A program made the translations under genes and the position numbers. The notes under the pieces are model-generated. The model did no database searches and had not been told where the DNA came from. It worked only from the letters and a program-made list of their open reading frames with translations. This document shows positions 13,403-22,990 of a stretch of DNA of 64,000 nt, piece by piece. The stretch covers positions 24,862,001-24,926,000 of the forward strand of contig JBHGNT010000001.1 of the NCBI GenBank assembly GCA_043228905.1. Reading direction: 5' to 3'. How positions within the stretch are numbered: the first letter of the stretch is position 1; every line of letters starts with the position of its first letter. This stretch comes from Azolla caroliniana (Eukaryota > Plantae > Polypodiophyta).

Positions 13403-13632
13403 TCGTCGAAGGATGAATCTTCGTCGAAGGATGAATCCTCGTAGAAGGATGAATCCTCGTCGGAGGATGAATCTTCGTCGGAAGTTGAATCTTCGTCAAA
13501 GGATGAATCCTCATAGAAGGTTGAATCTTCGTCGGAGGATGACTCTTCGTCAGAGGATGAATCCTCATAGAAGGATGAATCTTCGTCGCAGGTTGAATCT
13601 TCGTCGAAGGATAAATCTTCGTCGATGGATGA
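13403..13632. repeat. 18-bp tandem array (about 12 copies) in the Gypsy 5' leader
   Basis: Unit TCTTCGTCGAAGGATGAA. Reads (PSTKIH)n on the minus strand. Confidence 0.9.
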
Positions 13633-13810
13633 AGGTTTGGCGAACTCTGTTCTTTCGATGAACTTTGCGTGGGAAATTCAAACTTTTTGGCGCCAACGGT
13701 CGTTTCGTGTCCCGTGGAATGATCGTAAGCCACGAGACTCGCGGTGGTTACGCTCGCCTTGTAACGGCTCAATCTCCACAATGTTTAATGTTAACCGAAC
13801 GAATAAACAA

Positions 13811-13981
13811 AAAATCGACTTAATTAAACTATGAAATAGTGAAGAAAAACAAAAAATCAACTTAATTAAACTATGAAATAGTGAACAAAAACAGAAAATC
13901 AACTTAATTAAACTATGAAATAGTGAGGAAAAACAGAAAATCAACTTAATTGAACTATGAAATAATAAGAAAAACAGAAAA
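13811..13981. repeat. 42-bp tandem array (4 copies) in the Gypsy 5' leader
   Basis: Unit AAAATCAACTTAATTAAACTATGAAATAGTGAAGAAAAACAG. Confidence 0.9.
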
Positions 13982-14070
13982 TGGTGGTTCTCTTGCGATT
14001 TCTTCCTTCGTAAAGTGGTTTGCCTCTGAGTTTTTGACTCCTCGAAAATAGGCTTCAAGCGTCGATCGTC

Positions 14071-14088
14071 TCCCCGGCAGCAGCGCCA
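14071..14088 (-). promoter_or_regulatory. Primer-binding site, tRNA-Asp-like
   Basis: TGGCGCTGCTGCCGGGGA, 2 mismatches to the Athila-type TGGCGCCGTTGCCGGGGA, just inside the 5' LTR. Confidence 0.75.
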
Positions 14089-15174
14089 AATAGATGTGTA
14101 CTATCTATGTATCGACGGAGTTAAACCCTCGATCTCGTTTGCGAAGTTCGAACCGGCGTCTACCCTTTTGATGGCTAATCGGGCAGAGGTAGTTGTCGGA
14201 TACCTCCGAGCCTCACACTCACTTAACGATTGGTAAATGATTAAGCATGATATCTCTCTCACTCTCTCAAGCTCTCTCTCATAAACAATAGGTTAATAGA
14301 TATAGACAATAAGAAGGAAGAGTATGTTTATTAACCCTCTTTGCTAAGAGGTCTAGCACCAACAAGGAGAGAGATTAGTGTTGTCTAACTAAACACCTCA
14401 CTAATCTCTCTTAAGCTCAAAGGTTACAAGAAGGAGGAGAGGAAGCTCTAGCTCTAATCAATAGGAGATCTTTACAAATGGGAGAACCCCTACAAAGCCA
14501 CTATTATGTGGTTTATATAGCTTTCACGTTTAGGGTATGGGCCTTTCACACTTGGACGTTGTCGTGCCTTTCGGCTCCGGATCGTTGCGTGAGTCGGGTG
14601 GGAACCACTGGGGTTTTGGACTAGGAGAAAGAAGAATATGAGATGAGGCTAGTAATGAATAGATTATTAGAAAGAGAGATAGAAATTTCGTGAATCCCAC
14701 GAGTGTATTTTATTCGATTAATCAATATTTAGATAAGAATATGTATTTAGATTGAAAGAAAGATATAAGAAACTTGTGAATCCCACAAGTATAGATTATA
14801 TTATTTTCGTGAATCCCACGATTATATTAATCGGTTGGTGTTTTCGGAAATATATCCAATTTCCAAATATTTCACACACCTATTACATTGTGCTCCCCAT
14901 CCTTATGTAGTGATGGGAGAGACTAAGCATAGCTACATGCTTTTTTTCTAATATGTTCATGCACACTAAATATGCATGTGATGCTTTTCTAATCCTTGCT
15001 TTTATTTGCTAAATATAGTGCTCATGCACGCTAGATGTGCATGAGTCACTTTTTAGTTGCTTGCGTTTTTCTATAAAATATTCACGCACTCTAAAAATGC
15101 ATGGTTTACCTTTTAATAAAGGTAGGCGCAAATAAAGCACTTATAGTTATTAAATCTATTTATAGAACACTAAA

Positions 15175-15246
15175 GATAAGGTAGCATAATGGTAAAGTTG
15201 AGGTTTGGCTACGTGGAGGTATAGGGTTTGAATCTTGCCCTATGCA
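15175..15246 (+). other. Degenerate tRNA-like (A-box/B-box) module inside the LTR, second copy at about 18028-18099
   Basis: GGTAGCATAATGGTAAAG...GGAGGTATAGGGTTTGAATCTTGCCCTATGCA, with tRNA-like length and spacing. Confidence 0.5.
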
Positions 15247-15299
15247 CGTGATAAATATCTTGATATATTATTTTATTTATTTATATGTAATTAAATCGG

Positions 15300-16112
15300 T
15301 TATATTATTTTTACTTTTTCACGTAGTGTACGAAATACACTACGACACTCGCCCCCTCCGAACCCGCACATCCTCCGGTATGTGCCGAAGTTGCCGATGC
15401 TCGTTGTCTCCCCTTCATCCTCCGTTTGTCCCGCTATGTCAACTTTGTCTCTCCATTTTGAGTAGACCCATTCTTTCCACCCGAACCATTGTCGCCATCC
15501 GATCCACCATATTCTTTGTTCTCTCTCGTCATATTCTTGGCCCTTGTCATTCGTGGTAGTGTCTTTTACTGGCCTCTTTGTTGTCTTCATCAACCTTGAC
15601 TTTTTTCCGGATCGCTCTCGTCCGATCGACTTTCGGTTTGATCGGCTTCCGATCGGATTCGTATTCGGCCGAATCGGAATCGGTTGTTCGGTTTCGATTG
15701 AGTCGGTCTCCTTCCGGCCCGGTTTCGATCTATCGGTTTTGGTTTCGGTTGGCTTTCTTTTCCTCGTTTTCACCGGCCTCGACCGGTCCCACCTCCGATT
15801 GAGTCGGATTAGCTTCTTTCCGGATCCGTCTCGTCCGATTGGCTTTCGGCTAGGTCGGCTTCCATCCATATTCGCGTTCGGCCAAGTCAGACTCAGTCGA
15901 CCGGTTTTGACCAAGTCGATCCCTTTTCGGGTCGGCTTTCTTTCGGGTCGTCTTTCGGCCGAATCCTCATTCGCCCGATTCAGCTTTCGTTTGTGTCGTC
16001 TTTCGGCCGAATTCTCTTCCTTTCGGTTCGGCTTTCTTTCGGGTCGACTTTCGGTCGAATCCTCTTTTACCCGGTTCAGCTTTCTTTCGGATCGGAATCC
16101 CATCCGGATCAC
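15300..16112 (-). CDS. Arg/Lys-rich repetitive ORF, in frame with gag after one TGA
   Basis: 270-aa ORF with ERKxNRxxEDSxE-type repeats. Same frame as 16122..17462 and runs into the 3' LTR. Confidence 0.4.
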   Translation of the reverse strand: MIRMGFRSERKLNRVKEDSTESRPERKPNRKEENSAERRHKRKLNRANEDSAERRPERKPTRKGIDLVKTGRLSLTWPNANMDGSRPSRKPIGRDGSGKKLIRLNRRWDRSRPVKTRKRKPTETKTDRSKPGRKETDSIETEQPIPIRPNTNPIGSRSNRKSIGRERSGKKSRLMKTTKRPVKDTTTNDKGQEYDEREQRIWWIGWRQWFGWKEWVYSKWRDKVDIAGQTEDEGETTSIGNFGTYRRMCGFGGGECRSVFRTLREKVKII

Positions 16113-16121
16113 CTTCCATCC

Positions 16122-17462
16122 TCACTGGCTTCCGACTTTACCTTTCTTGCCGCCACCTCCCGTCTCTCCGGTCTCACGTTGCTTCTCAGACACAACCGCC
16201 GAAATCTCTAGGATTAGTGGGTAGGAATCCTCGGTATTATCATCCTCCATTGTTTCACCCATAGCCATATTCTCGGCTATCTCTCCGTCGTATGCATCGA
16301 CTTCGACCTTTGTTTTCTCTCCGCCACCTTCCGTCTCTTCGGTCTCACGTTGCCTTTCGAACGCAACCGCCGGAGTCTCTGGAATTAGTGGTGGGGAAGT
16401 CTCGATATGGCCATCCGCCATTGATTCGTCCATAGCCACCTTCGATTCGATGTCATGTTTCGTGGCGACCTCCTCAATCAAGTCCTCCTTGCTCTCTTTC
16501 ACTGCATCAATTATGCAAACATCAATTATGCTTACCCCTTTTTCACCCGATGTTTCGGACACTTGTATTCCGAAATCTTCTTCTACACTTGGGTTATCGG
16601 CCTTATCCTTCGCCGTCATTCTTTCGCAAGACAAGAGGGTAGCTTGTTTTACACCCTCTTCCGTCGCACCATCATGTTGTATTTCGGCCTTCATATCGGC
16701 TCCATCGTTTGTCTTCAATCGACCATCCTTCATCGGCCATGTCGTTGACAAGATTCTCATCTTCCTCTCATCATGTCTCCGGCATACCCTTTCGACTTTG
16801 GCCCAATCCTCGGTAAGACCATTCGCACCGTCATCGTCTTCGAGTTCGATCCCGATGTCCATCCTTTCTTTTCGATCGATCGATTTTACGAACATTAGGA
16901 CTTTATCCTCTCCCACCAATCGTTGTTCCCGCTCCGAGAGTTGAGCAAGACGATGCTCGAACTCTAGGAATGCTTGTGTTGCACTTCGGTGGGTCTTCTC
17001 CGATGCCACCCATTCGTCGAATTTTCGCCGATCTTGTCCCTTTGATCTCTTGTAATCATATGCCTCTCGTAAAGCTTCTTCGAATGACCCCCATGTCGAG
17101 TTTTGTTGTCGTATCTTGTGGATTCTCTCTTGTAGCTCATCCGTGGCCACCCGATTGAAGGATGTCACTTGCAATCCTTCCGGTATCCCACATCGTATCA
17201 TCTCTGCCTTGTAGTCATGTAGATAGCGTGACAGATCATTTCCGTTGAATTGTCCGTTTCGTTGTACGAGCCGCTTTACTGCCCCCGTGATCTCCGACAT
17301 CACTCGTTGTTCTTGTAGCATCCGCTCGAACATCATCATCATCGTTATGCTCATTGCCTCTTGTTGATTCTCCATCTCCTTGCCACCCGCCTTCACGTCG
17401 GGTTCACCAACTGTGTCGTGCCTTTCGGCTCCGGATCGTTGCGTGAGTCGGGTGGGAACCAC
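16122..17462 (-). CDS. Gag (capsid-like) with an acidic repeated tail; likely start ATG about 17375
   Basis: GQFNGNDLSRYLHDYKAEM...FNRVA and VLMFVKSID...GLTEDWAKVERVC align with the gag of the 50612-58417 element (GRFSGKDATSYLASYRAEM...FPRVA; VLLFVKSVD...GLTADWAAVKRVC). The frame is uninterrupted. Confidence 0.85.
   Translation of the reverse strand: MVPTRLTQRSGAERHDTVGEPDVKAGGKEMENQQEAMSITMMMMFERMLQEQRVMSEITGAVKRLVQRNGQFNGNDLSRYLHDYKAEMIRCGIPEGLQVTSFNRVATDELQERIHKIRQQNSTWGSFEEALREAYDYKRSKGQDRRKFDEWVASEKTHRSATQAFLEFEHRLAQLSEREQRLVGEDKVLMFVKSIDRKERMDIGIELEDDDGANGLTEDWAKVERVCRRHDERKMRILSTTWPMKDGRLKTNDGADMKAEIQHDGATEEGVKQATLLSCERMTAKDKADNPSVEEDFGIQVSETSGEKGVSIIDVCIIDAVKESKEDLIEEVATKHDIESKVAMDESMADGHIETSPPLIPETPAVAFERQRETEETEGGGEKTKVEVDAYDGEIAENMAMGETMEDDNTEDSYPLILEISAVVSEKQRETGETGGGGKKGKVGSQ
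17392..17409 (-). promoter_or_regulatory. Primer-binding site, tRNA-Trp
   Basis: TGGTGAACCCGACGTGAA, complementary to the plant cytosolic tRNA-Trp 3' end as recalled (TTCACGTCGGGTTCACCA). Confidence 0.85.
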
Positions 17463-18309
17463 TGGGGTTTTGGACTAGGAGAAAGAAGAATATGAGATGA
17501 GGCTAGTAATGAATAGATTATTAGAAAGAGAGATAGAAATTTCGTGAATCCCACGAGTGTATTTTATTCGATTAATCAATATTTAGATAAGAATATGTAT
17601 TTAGATTGAAAGAAAGATATAAGAAACTTGTGAATCCCACAAGTATAGATTATATTATTTTCGTGAATCCCACGATTATATTAATCGGTTGGTGTTTTCG
17701 GAAATATATCCAATTTCCAAATATTTCACACACCTATTACATTGTGCTCCCCATCCTTATGTAGTGATGGGAGAGACTAAGCATAGCTACATGCTTTTTT
17801 CTAATATGTTCATGCACACTAAATATGCATGTGATGCTTTTCTAATCCTTGCTTTTATTTGCTAAATATAGTGCTCATGCACGCTAGATGTGCATGAGTC
17901 ACTTTTTAGTTGCTTGCGTTTTTCTATAAAATATTCACGCACTCTAAAAATGCATGGTTTACCTTTTAATAAAGGTAGGCGCAAATAAAGCACTTATAGT
18001 TATTAAATCTATTTATAGAACACTAAAGATAAGGTAGCATAATGGTAAAGTTGAGGTTTGGCTACGTGGAGGTATAGGGTTTGAATCTTGCCCTATGCAC
18101 GTGATAAATATCTTGATATATTATTTTATTTATTTATATGTAATTAAATCGGTTATATTATTTTTACTTTTTCACGTAGTGTACGAAATACACTACGACA
18201 ACGTCTCTTTGCTTTCTTTTCCTCTTGCCGTTTCCTCTTCGTACTACGTCCTTGTTGATGCGCTCTTATTCATGGATGGTTGTGTTGTTATCCCAGCGCT
18301 TAACATCAT

Positions 18310-19230
18310 CCACTCATGACATTTTTCTTCAAACCCTCAACAACATCCTCACTCATCCTTTCAAAAATAAATCAACTTCCTCTTCCACAACATCCATCTT
18401 GCCAGTCATTGCCCGAGTCCTGTATCTCTCTATTTTCAACTAATTACAGTACATACACAAAACAAAATTAATCCACTCTCCTCACCCTCATGAAACCTTG
18501 CTTCTACCTCCGCCACCATCTTCACTCATCATTCTGAAAACTGAAAGTAAATAAGACTGCTTCAAAAATTTCCACATCAACTATCTCATCACTCGAGTCC
18601 TGTACATACAAAAACCAAAATGAATCCATTCTCCTGAAACCCTCATGAAACCTTGCTTCTACCTCCACCACCATCTTCACTCATCCTTCCAAAATTAAAT
18701 TAGCTTCATTTTCCATTACAACCATCTTGCCATTCATCGTCTGATTCCTGTACTAACAAAAACCAGAATGAATCCACTCTCCTCAAACACTCATGAAACC
18801 TTGCTTCCGCCTCCGCCACCATCTTCACTCATCATGTCAAAATAAATCAGCTTCATTTTCCACTACAACCATCTTGCCATTCATGGCCCGAGTTTGTACC
18901 TACAAAAAGAAGACCAGAATGAATCCACTCTCCTCAAACCCTCATGAAACCTTGCTTGTGCCTCCGCCACCATCTTCACTCATCATTCTAAAAACTGAAA
19001 ATAAATAAGTCTACTTCAAAAAAACTTCCACATCAAAGCATCTCGCCATTTTCCATCAAAATCCTCTCCATTTTCAGTACTTTCTTGTATATACACACTC
19101 CTCAGACCATCATGAAAATTTGTATTTGCCTCCATCCCCGTCTTCATTCATCGTTCTAAAAGTTACAATAACTAAATATGCTTCAAAATAATTCCACAGC
19201 AACCCTCTCGCCATTTTCACCAAATTCCAT
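18310..19230. repeat. Satellite-like tandem array, ~150-bp monomers (about 6 copies, two variants)
   Basis: Core ATCCACTCTCCTCAAACCCTCATGAAACCTTGCTTC..CCTCCGCCACCATCTTCACTCATC recurs near 18470, 18624, 18772, 18923 and 19095. Confidence 0.85.
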
Positions 19231-19235
19231 GTTGT

Positions 19236-20910
19236 CTACACTAAGAACGGTGATGGTGGCGGAAACAACCAACGAGGTGGAACATAATTCCACTTAACAT
19301 CATCACCTACATCCAACAAAATAGGAATAGGTGCCCAAACTCTACGAATTCTTCTTCTTTTCCGGTTAGCTTTATTTCCATAACCCTTATAACTATCATA
19401 CTCACCTTTTACTGTATGTATCACTAATTCCCAAAAGGTCTTAACCTGATCCACAACATGAATTTGTTCATCATTGTATAGTTTGGAACATCTTGCTTTC
19501 CACAAAACCCATAGGGCCAAAGAGGAAACAATCTACCAAACATAACACCGCGAGAAGAACTTGATTCCCGGTACGAAGGTTGAAATAGAGTACACCTAAA
19601 AACTTTTTACCTGTAAAGTCAATGAAGAATTATGATAATGATAAAAAGCCTTTTGCTAATCCAACATTCCCCAAAATACTGCACCCCACTTGAAAATGGT
19701 TGACCTATACTTACGACCTAATAACCTAAGAATTCGAAACCAAAAACTTTTGGCCGCAACACATTCCCACAAAACATGATGCAATGTCTCAACTGCAAAC
19801 CCACACATAACACATGATCTTTCAGGCATTGTTCCCCTCAATAAACCTCCTACTGGCAAGGCATAATGAATCATCAACCATCGAAAATGTAATACCTTAT
19901 TCATACACTTAAGTGACCAAAATTGTTTCCAGAACTTCAACATATGCGAGGATAACACATTACCTTCCTCCCAATATTTTTTCCCCGCAAGTACCGATTC
20001 ACTCTGATTGCGAAGAATGGGAGGACCTTCGTTTGCGAAGTGTCGGATTTGGACAACTTCCAACCATAATCAGATGGATCCCAATGCAAATCAACAATTG
20101 GCCTAGATTGTAAAACCCAAATATGAGATCAATATTTAGCAATTAAGGGATTAGGATCTATAAAGATCTTTTTATCCAATCGAGCAATTACTCACACTGG
20201 TAACTGATTTGCAGAAGACATAATTGGAGCCTCCTCCTCCACTAAAAACAGTCTACCATTATCCAGAACTTCATAAAAATAAAGGCTACCATTTTGATGG
20301 TATAAATGAGCTCCTATAAGTATATATTAAGAGTCGAAAAAATACCATACCAATTCTGAAAATGGTCTAACTGCATAGTTGGCATTGTTACATGAAATAC
20401 CATGGACACTTGAGAGAACATAATATTTTCCCCTCTTAAATTAGACAACCTATTCCTCTGCTCTTGCGCTGAAGTCTCCGAAAAAATTAGCCACTCCGCA
20501 ACCATACAAGCAGGGCCACTATCCAATGCCGCCCAAGATAACCCGTAAAAGGATGTCCTACGAATTCTGTTCCACCCGTTGTTCCTTTGTAGCATCCACT
20601 TTCTTACTATTGACATCCTGGACTTGCACTACCAAGGAGACCGTCTCCAGCCTATGAAATTCTCCCAATACGGTGTATTTATCCTCCGCTGATAGCAGAA
20701 GGTCGACTGACTCATCACTCAAATGAGGCGACTTTAGGGGGGTGCACTGGACTCCTCTGCTCGCGTGTACAGGCCAGCCGAGAATGGTGTATGCAGTTGT
20801 TCTGTAGTCAACTTGTTGTTCATGTTCTTTGATCCTCTCGCGGTGGCAGCACTGTTTGCTCCATCCGCGACCTGTTCGGCAATCGTCACTGTGCTCTTCA
20901 TTCTCTCCGC
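19236..20910 (-). mobile_element. L1-type LINE remnant (zf-RVT C-terminus, possibly joined to an ORF1 N-terminus)
   Basis: FWKQFWSLKC...FRWLMIHYALP...CVMCGFAVETLHHVLWEC and ALWVLWKARC motifs. A GC-richer segment at about 20520-20910 resembles an ORF1 start. Confidence 0.8.
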
Positions 20911-21469
20911 CTCAATGAATTTTATTTAATAAGTTTTATTTAATAAATAAGTATATATTAAGTAACCTAGTATATTATTTAAATATAATAATATAGTAGA
21001 TAATTATTATTATTATTAAAATGTGTGAGAAAGATTTTATATTAGACATATATCTATGTATTTACTTTAAAAGTAGTGAGCAAAAAAGAAGAAGTAAAAG
21101 CGTAATTCTATGGTGGAGCAAAGAAGTGTGCATAAAGGAAGAAAAAGTGGAGCAAAGCAATGGTCAAAAATATATGAAAAAGATGAACCACTCAAGTCAA
21201 ACATGCAACTAGAAAGAGACAACCTCTCCTATAAAAGGCAATGCATAGATGTAAGAGTGTGTTAAAAATAGAGAAGCACCCTCCTCAAGCTAGAGTTAAC
21301 TTATGTTAATCCTCTTCTCTCCTAAATCATCTAAGCTATTCATGCTCATGTATAAGCAATAATCCTCTTCTAATATAATCTATTTGATGTATATGCTTGT
21401 CTAATTACAAGAATCTCTTCTTATGTCTCATGATATTTTAGTTTATGTCACTAATTAAACATATATTAT

Positions 21470-21695
21470 GAATTACAAGTGGTCTACTACTCTTCTAGCT
21501 ATGTGAGAATAGCATAAATTCTCACATGTTTGTACAGAATATTATTTTGAAATTGAGTTTTTGAGCCTTCTGCTCTCTCTCTGTCTCTCCCGCGTACTCT
21601 CTCTCAGACACAATTGTTCTTTGTGTTTACCGTTCTCTGTTGTAATTCGGTTGAGCCGGTTGTGTCTATGTAGCTTCCGCACGCTATTCTTTACA
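21470..21695 (+). mobile_element. Copia LTR 3'-end fragment
   Basis: Ends GCTTCCGCACGCTATTCTTTACA, resembling the LTR end at 37609 (GCTTCCGCACGCTACTTTCTACA). The left boundary is uncertain. Confidence 0.55.
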
Positions 21696-22990
21696 GAATG
21701 TTTCCCGTGAAGGGGGAGACTACTCATCAACAAAAGAGATTTCAACTTGTCGTCAATTATCATCCCTTGGGTCAAAATCTGGGAATTGATGCTCTCATAT
21801 TTGTTCAAGTGTGCTTGGACCGAATCAGATTCTCTCATCCGAAGATTGTATAGGTGCCGAATCAAATAAATATTTGTGGTGGCCACCTTCTTTTCATATG
21901 TGTCTGATAGAGTCTTCCATAGTTGGTATGTTGTAGAACATGTCTACACTGTATAGTAGACCGATTCAGGCAGGTGCATCCATAGTTGGTATGTTGTAGA
22001 ACATGTACACACTGTATAGTAGACCAATTCAGGCAGGTGCATTCAAATGGTGGCACAAGCTATACTATCGAGCTTCTTCCACTCATTTAGCTTGTATTCA
22101 TTTGGAGCCGATTCATTCTCGATTGGGTCAATCTGACCTTTCACAATCAAGTAATCTGGCTTTTTCTCCTTCTAAAAATTGAAGTTTGTGTCGTCAAAAT
22201 TCCTAAGACTCATCTTTGACGAGCCGGATGCAGAAGCCATTTCTTTGACAAAAGTCGACTAGTCAGAAGTCTTGCTCAAAGTGACTACGATCAAGGGAAA
22301 GGGTGTGAAACCGTCTGATTTACCCGAAATGTGATCTAGCCGAGTTGAGCACAAACACAAGAGTCGATTGATCAAAAGTTTTGCCAAGAGTGTCTATGAC
22401 CAAAAAAGAGGTGCAGTGGACTGGTCTGCCTAAAGTATGGTCTAGCCAAATTGCACACAAACTTAACCAAGTGCTTTTTCCTATCACAAAACAAAAATAT
22501 GCAGTGGCCAAACAAAAGATTTCAATTGGATTGAAATCTTGGAGATCTTGTTCAGGAGATCCGACAAACTTGAAGTTTTTAACAGTCGAATCAAAAGTGT
22601 TGATGATGGAAGGATGAATGACGACCAACAGCGAAAAAAAACCTATGGCTCTGATACCAACTGTTGGGAGTGTGGTCGTCAATTAAATGGTCTAAAACAC
22701 GGCATTGTATGCTAAAAACGAGTTGATGGAAATGGAACAAAGATGAACAAAAATGAAAAAGATAGACTACAAGATTAACAACAATGGAGACAAGAGAGAG
22801 AGAGAGAGAGGAAAACTCAGAGGCACAAAATATACATTGTATATTCAAATGGCAACATTGACATCAACCTTACAAACTAGGTTACAAGTCGGTTATATAC
22901 TCACCAAACTCGGGCAACTACCCTTTATGCTATTTACATAAATAGCCTAATCTAGTTTGTCCAATAAATTAGTGTGAATATGTCCATTAT
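21696..22990 (-). mobile_element. Copia 5' fragment (LTR from 22662 rightwards, tRNA-iMet PBS, truncated gag)
   Basis: PBS TGGTATCAGAGC at 22648-22659. Gag LYNLRMRESDSVQAHLNKY...LLLMSSLP. 63-bp tandem duplication at about 21917-22042. The right boundary is approximate. Confidence 0.75.

Larger units (their letters stand above)
14560..18200 (-). mobile_element. Young non-autonomous gag-only LTR retrotransposon (ACGT lineage)
   Basis: LTRs 14560-15347 and 17414-18200 appear identical apart from one T in a homopolymer. Exact 4-bp TSD ACGT (14556-14559, 18201-18204). tRNA-Trp PBS and G-rich PPT. No PR, RT, RH or INT in the 2.07-kb interior. Confidence 0.93.
5070..18305 (-). mobile_element. Ty3/Gypsy non-chromovirus (Athila/Selgy-like) retrotransposon, degenerate, with two nested insertions
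   Basis: LTR homology between 5070-5358 and 14095-14382 (about 11 substitutions). Candidate TSD TGATC/TCATC. tRNA-Asp-like PBS. Order gag-PR-RT-RH-INT on the minus strand with many stops. The 3' LTR is truncated by a deletion at about 5358. The 5' LTR is 14095-14559 plus 18201-18305. Confidence 0.88.

Noticed and set aside
13686-13705. TGGCGCC PBS-like motif on the plus strand
   Set aside because: No adjoining LTR or matching tRNA end could be identified, and the element's PBS is at 14071-14088.
21260-21695. Complete solo LTR with TSD GAGTG/GAATG
   Set aside because: The TSD is mismatched and the interrupted gag does not clearly resume on the left, so only the 3' end is reported.
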